Positions 58,269 through 64,000 of a stretch of DNA of 64,000 nt are shown piece after piece (position 1 is the first letter of the stretch; every line of letters begins with the position of its first letter). Under the pieces are notes generated by a model. That model worked only from the letters and a program-made list of their open reading frames with translations, had not been told where the DNA came from and did not search any database. Source of the stretch: Scyliorhinus canicula (taxonomy: Eukaryota); the NCBI RefSeq assembly GCF_902713615.1, contig NC_052175.1, forward strand, positions 9,403,271-9,467,270. The letters are read 5' to 3'. A program made the position numbers and the translations under genes.

Positions 58269-61043
58269 TTCAGCAGGGGGATGGGAACCTAAATTGTAGT
58301 CCCAGTGTACAGGATGTTGAGAGTAGTGAGGTCAGGGATAGGGATAAAAATTCGAAAGAGAGCACCGGCAAGCAGGACGCTGGTTTGAAGTGTGTCTACT
58401 TCAAGGCCAGGAGCATCCGGAATAAGGTGGGTGAGCTTGCAGCATGGGTTGGTACCTGGGATCTCGATGTTGTGGCGATTTCGGAGACATGGGTAGATCA
58501 GGGACAGGAATGGTTGTTGCAGGTTCCAGGATTTAGATGTTTCTGTAAGAACAGAGAAGATGGTAAAAGAGGGGGGGGGGGTGGCATTGTGAATCAAGGA
58601 AAGTATTACGGTGGTAGAAAGGACGCTTGAGGACTCGTCAACGGCGGTAGTATGGGCCGAGGTTAGGAACAGGAGAGGAGAGGTCACCCTGTTGGGAGTT
58701 GTCTATAGACCTCCGAATAGTTCCAGAGATGTAGAGGAAAGGATTGCAAAGATGATTCTCGACAGGAGCGAGAGTAACAGGGTAGTTGTTATGGGGGACT
58801 TTAACTTTCCAAATATTGACTGGAAATACTATAGTTCGAGTACTAAAGATGGGTCAGTTTTTGTACAGTGTGTGCAGGAGGGTTTTCTGACACAGTATGT
58901 AGACAGGACAACAAGGGGCGAGGCCACATTGGATTTGGTACTGGGTAATGAACCCGGACAGGTGTTAGATTTAGATGTAGGTGAGCACTTTGGTGATAGT
59001 GATCACAACTCGGTTATGTTTACTTTAGCAATGGGCAGGGATAGGTATATACCGCAAGGCAAGAATTATAGCGGGGGGAAAGGCAATTATGATGCCATTC
59101 GGCAAGATTTAGGATGTATAGGATGGGGAAGGAAACTGCAGGGGATGGGTACAATCGAAATGTGGAGCTTTGTCAAGGAACAGCTACTGCGTGTCCTTGT
59201 TAAGTATGTACCTGTCAGGCAGGGAGGAAGTTGTCGAGCAAGGGAACCGTGGTTTACTAAGGAAGTTGAAGCACTTGTCAAGAGGAAGAAGAAGGCTTAT
59301 GTTAGGATGAGACATGAAGGCTCAGTTAGGGCACTTGAGAGTTACAAGTTAGCCAGGAAGGACCTAAAGGGAGAGTTAAGAAGAGCGAGGAGAGGACACG
59401 AAAAGTCGTTGGCGGATAGGATCAAGGAAAACCATAAGGCTTTCTATAGGTATATCAGGAACAAAAGAATGACTGTAGTAAGATTAGGGCCAATCAAGGA
59501 TAGTAGTGGAAAGTTGTGTGTGGAATCAGAAGAGATAGGGGAAGCGTTAAATGGATATTTTTCGTCAGTGTTTACACTGGAGAAAGACAATGTTGTCGAG
59601 GAGAACACTCAGGTTCAGTCGACCAGGCTAGATGGAATTGAGGTTCAAAAGGAGGAGGTGTTAGCAATTTTGGAAAATGTCAAAATAGATAAGTCCCCTG
59701 GGCCAGATGGGATTTATCCTAAGATTCTCTGGGAAGCCAGGGAGGAGATTGCAGAGCCTTTGTCCTTGATCTTTATGTCGTTTTTCTCGACAGGAATAGT
59801 GCCGAAAGACTGGAGGATAGCAAGTGTTGTCCCCTTGTTCAAGAAGGGGAGTAGAGACAACCCTGGTAATTATAGACCTGTGAGCCTTACTTCGGTTGTG
59901 GGTAAAACGTTGGAAAAGGTTATAAGAGATAGTGTTTATAATCATCTTGAAAAGAAAAAGTTGATGAGCGATAGTCAACACAGTTTTGTGAAGGGTAGGT
60001 CATGCCTCACAAACCTTATTGAGTTTTTTGAGAAGGTGACCAAACAGTTGGATCAGGGTAAAGCGGTTGATGTGGTGTATATGGATTTCAGTAAGGCGTT
60101 TGATAAGGTTCCCCACGGTAGGCTATTGCAGAAAATAAGGAAGTATGGGATTGAAGGTGATTTTGCGGTTTGGATCAGTAATTGGCTAGCTGAAAGAAGA
60201 CATAGGGTGGTGGTTTATGGCAAATGTTCATCCTGGAGTTCAGTTACTAGTGGTGTACCGCAAGGATCTGTTTTGGGGCCACTGCTGTTTGTCATTTTTA
60301 TAAATGTCCTGGAAGAGGGTGTAGAAGAATGGGTTAGTAAATTTGCAGATGACACGATGGTCGGTGGAGTTGTGGATAGTGCTGAACGATGTTATAGGAT
60401 ACAGAGGGACATAGATAAGCTGCAGAGCTGGGCTGAGAGGTGGCAGATGGAGTTTAATGCGGAAAAGAGTGAGGTGGTTCACTTTGGAAGGAGTAACAGG
60501 AATGCAGAGTACTGGGCTAATGGCAAGATTCTTGGTAGTGTAGATGAACAGAGAGATCTCGGCATCCAGGTACATAAATCCCTGAAAGTTGCCACCCAGG
60601 TTAATTGGGCTGTTAAGAAGGCATATGGTGTGCTAGCCTTTATCAGCAGGGGGATTGAGTTTCGGAGCCACAAGGTCATGCTGCAGCTGTACATAACTCT
60701 GGTGCGGCCGCTCCTGGAGTACTGCGTGCAGTTCTGGTCACCACATTATAGGAAGGATGTGGAAGCTTTGGAAAGAGTTCAGAGGAGATTTACTAGGATG
60801 TTGCCTGGTATGGAGGGAAGGTCTTACGAGGAAAGGCTCAGGGAATTGAGGTTGTTTTCGTTAGAGAGGAGAAGGCTGAAAGGTGACTTAATCGAGACAT
60901 ATAAGATAGTCAGAGGGTTAGATAGGGTGGACAGTGAGAGTCTTTTTCCTCGGATGGTTATGACCAACACAAGGGGACATAGCTTTAAATTGAGGGGTGA
61001 TAGATATAGGACAGATGTCAGAGGCAGTTGCTTTACTCAGTGA
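58259..61043 (+). pseudogene. CR1 ORF2 (EN plus RT), frameshifted and prematurely stopped
   Basis: ORFs 58385-58630 and 58611-61043 carry consecutive parts of the same protein as 9653-12556. Confidence 0.9.
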
Positions 61044-61221
61044 GTAGTAGGGATGTGGAACGCCCTGACTGCAACAGTAGTAGACTCGCCAACTTTAAGG
61101 GCATTTAAGTGGACACTGGATAGAGATATGGATGAAAATGGAATAGTGTAGGTCAGATAGGCTTCAGATGGTTTCACAGGTCGGCGCAACATCGAGGGCC
61201 GAAGGGCCCGTACTGCGCAGT

Positions 61222-61557
61222 NNNNNNNNNNNNNNNNNNNNNNNNNNNNNNNNNNNNNNNNNNNNNNNNNNNNNNNNNNNNNNNNNNNNNNNNNNNNNNN
61301 NNNNNNNNNNNNNNNNNNNNNNNNNNNNNNNNNNNNNNNNNNNNNNNNNNNNNNNNNNNNNNNNNNNNNNNNNNNNNNNNNNNNNNNNNNNNNNNNNNNN
61401 NNNNNNNNNNNNNNNNNNNNNNNNNNNNNNNNNNNNNNNNNNNNNNNNNNNNNNNNNNNNNNNNNNNNNNNNNNNNNNNNNNNNNNNNNNNNNNNNNNNN
61501 NNNNNNNNNNNNNNNNNNNNNNNNNNNNNNNNNNNNNNNNNNNNNNNNNNNNNNNNN
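61222..61557. other. Assembly gap (336 N)
   Basis: Run of N. Confidence 1.
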
Positions 61558-61825
61558 CGAGTAGGAATGCAGTCAGGAGGCAAAGGTAGAATCAAATACG
61601 GGAGAGACGAGGGAGGGGAGATAAGTGAAGAGTGCAGCAGAAATAAAAATTGGACGAAGGATGAAAGGAACGAATAAGGAAAGCAGGAATGGAGGACGGG
61701 GAAAGGCAGGAAGGATGGAAGTAAGGTCGGAGCGAAGGGAGGGTGGGACGGAGGGAGAGAGGCAGGGAGGAAGGACGGAAGGACGGAAGGATGGACGGAA
61801 GGAACGAAGGATGGAATGAATGAGA
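61558..61825. repeat. Purine-rich (GGAA) tract
   Basis: Composition. Confidence 0.85.
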
Positions 61826-62140
61826 CATAGAACATATAGTGCAGAAGGAGGCCATTTGGCCCATCTAGTCTGCTCAGACCACATTAAGCCCTTGCTTCCA
61901 CCCTATCGCCATAACCCAATAATCCCGCCTAACTTTTTTGGACAATAAGGGTAATTTAGCAAGTACAATCCACCAAACCTGCACGTCTTTGGACTGTGGT
62001 AGAAAACGGGAGCACCCGGAGGAAACTCACACAGTCACGGGGAGAAATGCAGACTCCGCACAGACAGTGACACAGCGGGCAATCTAACCTGGGCACCGGC
62101 GCTGTGAAGCCACAGTGCTAACCACTGTGCGTCCGTGCCA
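61825..62140 (-). mobile_element. V-SINE
   Basis: Reverse-complement V domain and tail. Confidence 0.88.
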
Positions 62141-62869
62141 CTCACTAAAGTCTTGGAAAGGCACACATGCAACCAAAGCATAGCTTTTCTGATTAAAAAG
62201 GAACAACCATGCAAACAACAAGAGTTTCAGAGACTATATACCTTCTGTTGATCCAAATTTATTTAAATGTCACTGCTTTCATAAATCTTTAGAAAATATT
62301 TGCAGTCTTGAAACTGTATAGTAGCCATAGGCGTTTTAGTTAATTTAGTGATGTAACAATCTTTTGGATTAATGCAATCTAAATGATGTTGAAAATTATG
62401 CCACAATATAGCTCCAAGGCATTGTAGTTAATAGTCCACAGATGTAATATTTGGTCAGTAACGTGTTTTGACCCGAAAGAAAGAAAGTGAATCTGCCTGG
62501 GAGTACAGAAGATGGTTGCTCAGTACCACAGATGTTTTGTTGTCAGTGCCATTTTGCCTCTCATTTCCATCGACAGAGGAAAAGTGAGTTTGTTTAGTTC
62601 CAAACAGAGTCTGACATTCATTCATGTGGGCCGGAAAGTGGAAAGAGGTGAATAAAGAAAGTCAGTTTGAGCAAACATTATCATATGTATTATGAGACAA
62701 ATTGTTCTATTCTTTGCTCAAATTGCCATTATATTTATGCAGATTGAACTGGTTCCAATCGGGTTGATGGCCTTCTCACTTCGTGATTTCGTCCTCCAAT
62801 ATTTCCTTCACTCATCCCTTCCATCTCTCCATCAGTTTATCCGGATTATGTTTAACTCACCCAAATGCC

Positions 62870-63680
62870 ACTAACTGGAAGGAAGGAAGATGGAAGGAAG
62901 GCAGGAAGGAAGGAAAGAAATACGGATAACGGAAGGAAGGAAGGAGGTAAAAAGTGTTATAAGGATGGAAAGAATAAAGGAAGGCAATGGGGCACGTTGG
63001 AAAGTGTGGATGGAAGGGTGGTGAAGGCGGGAGAAAGAGGAGAAAACGATAGAAGCAGCGAAGTAATGAAGGAATTATGGAAGTAAAAAAATGAAAGTAA
63101 AAACAAAGGAACGAAAGGATGTTCAAAGAATTGAGGCAAGCAACGTGGGAGTAAATTAAATATGTTAGTAAGCAGGGATGAAGGAAGGATAGATGGAAAA
63201 CGCTGAAGAGAGTTGAGAAGGAAGGAGGGGTGATAAGGTGGGAGGAATAATCGTAAAAGGGAAGGGGCAAAGGCAGTGAAGAATAAGGGTCAGAAGGACG
63301 GAGAGAAATATGGTTTGAAGGAAGGGATGAGTGAAGGAAATATTGGAGGACGAAATCACGAAGTAAGAATAGAAAACGGAGGAACTGAAGTGAAGGGAAG
63401 AATGGTTGGATCGAAATCAGAAAGGATGAAATGAAGGAGGAAAGGAAGGTAATGTGACAGGAAAGATGAAAAGACAGAAGAAGGAAAGTTAGGAGGGAAG
63501 GAAGGATGGAGGTAAGGACGTGCTATGTAGTGGTAGAAGGAAGTGGAATGGAAGCAGGAGTGGAGAATGGGAAAGAACAAGAAAGACAGATGGTAGGGAG
63601 GAGTGAAGGAGGAAATAAAGTTAGAGTATGGATTAAAGTGAATAATAAGGAAAGCAAGGAGAGGAGCTGGGAATAAGGGA
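62870..63680. repeat. Purine-rich degenerate (GGAA/GAAG) tract
   Basis: Composition. Confidence 0.85.
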
Positions 63681-64000
63681 TTATAAGAACATAAGAACAT
63701 AAGAACATAAGAACTAGGAGCTGGAGTAGGCCATCTGGCCCCTCGAGCCTGCTCCGCCATTCAATTAGATCATGGCTGATCTTTTGTGGACTCAGCTCCA
63801 CTTTCCGGCCCGAACATCATAACCCTTAATCCCTTTATTCTCCAAAAAACTATCTATCTTTACCTTAAAAACATGTAATGAAGGAGCCTCAACTGCTTCA
63901 CTGGGCAAGAAATTCCATAGATTCACAACCCTTTGGGTGAAGAAGGTCCTCCTAAACTCAGTCCTAAATCTACTTCCCCTTATTTTGAGGCTATGCCCCC
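63681..64000 (-). mobile_element. 3' end of a CR1 LINE with (TTCTTATG)n tail, continuing beyond the window
   Basis: ATAAGAACATAAGAACATAAGAAC...GTAGGCCATCTGGCCCCTCGAGCCTGCTCCGCCATTCAA. Confidence 0.85.

Larger units (their letters stand above)
56807..61221 (+). mobile_element. Near-intact full-length CR1 LINE with tandem 5' monomers
   Basis: Three about 130-bp 5' repeats, ORF1 57324-58268, ORF2 about 58259-61150 with one frameshift at the G10 run near 58570 and a stop at 61043. The 3' tail runs into the gap. Confidence 0.95.

Overview
Eukaryotic, repeat-dense window. The V-SINE/CR1 repertoire is typical of a shark, most like catshark (Scyliorhinus); the species is my inference. One host gene looks intact: an 8-exon, minus-strand, non-rearranging Ig-superfamily receptor (leader, V, C1, uncharged TM, cytoplasmic tail with LYASL motif; 340 aa; 32236-26528). 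A probable decayed paralog faces away from it on the plus strand (about 34456-38460). There are two GPR139-like 7TM loci: a clear pseudogene at about 3900-4744 and a two-exon gene at 55149-49417 with one homopolymer frameshift. A third faint relic lies antisense in that gene's intron. Most of the rest is retroelement DNA: nested CR1 LINEs (one with an intact 967-codon ORF2, one nearly full length with tandem 5' monomers), about 15 V-SINEs, a second tRNA-type SINE family, Penelope-like hammerhead-ribozyme repeats, a Gypsy LTR/PBS/RT remnant, a class I ERV pro-pol remnant, a MITE, minisatellites and purine tracts. There is a 336-nt gap. The most notable sequence-level observations are the V-C1 receptor and a U_UUA_AAC -1 slippery site at the ORF1/ORF2 junction of the CR1 copies, whose ORF2 has no upstream AUG. 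All gene models were read by eye and need RNA or alignment confirmation.
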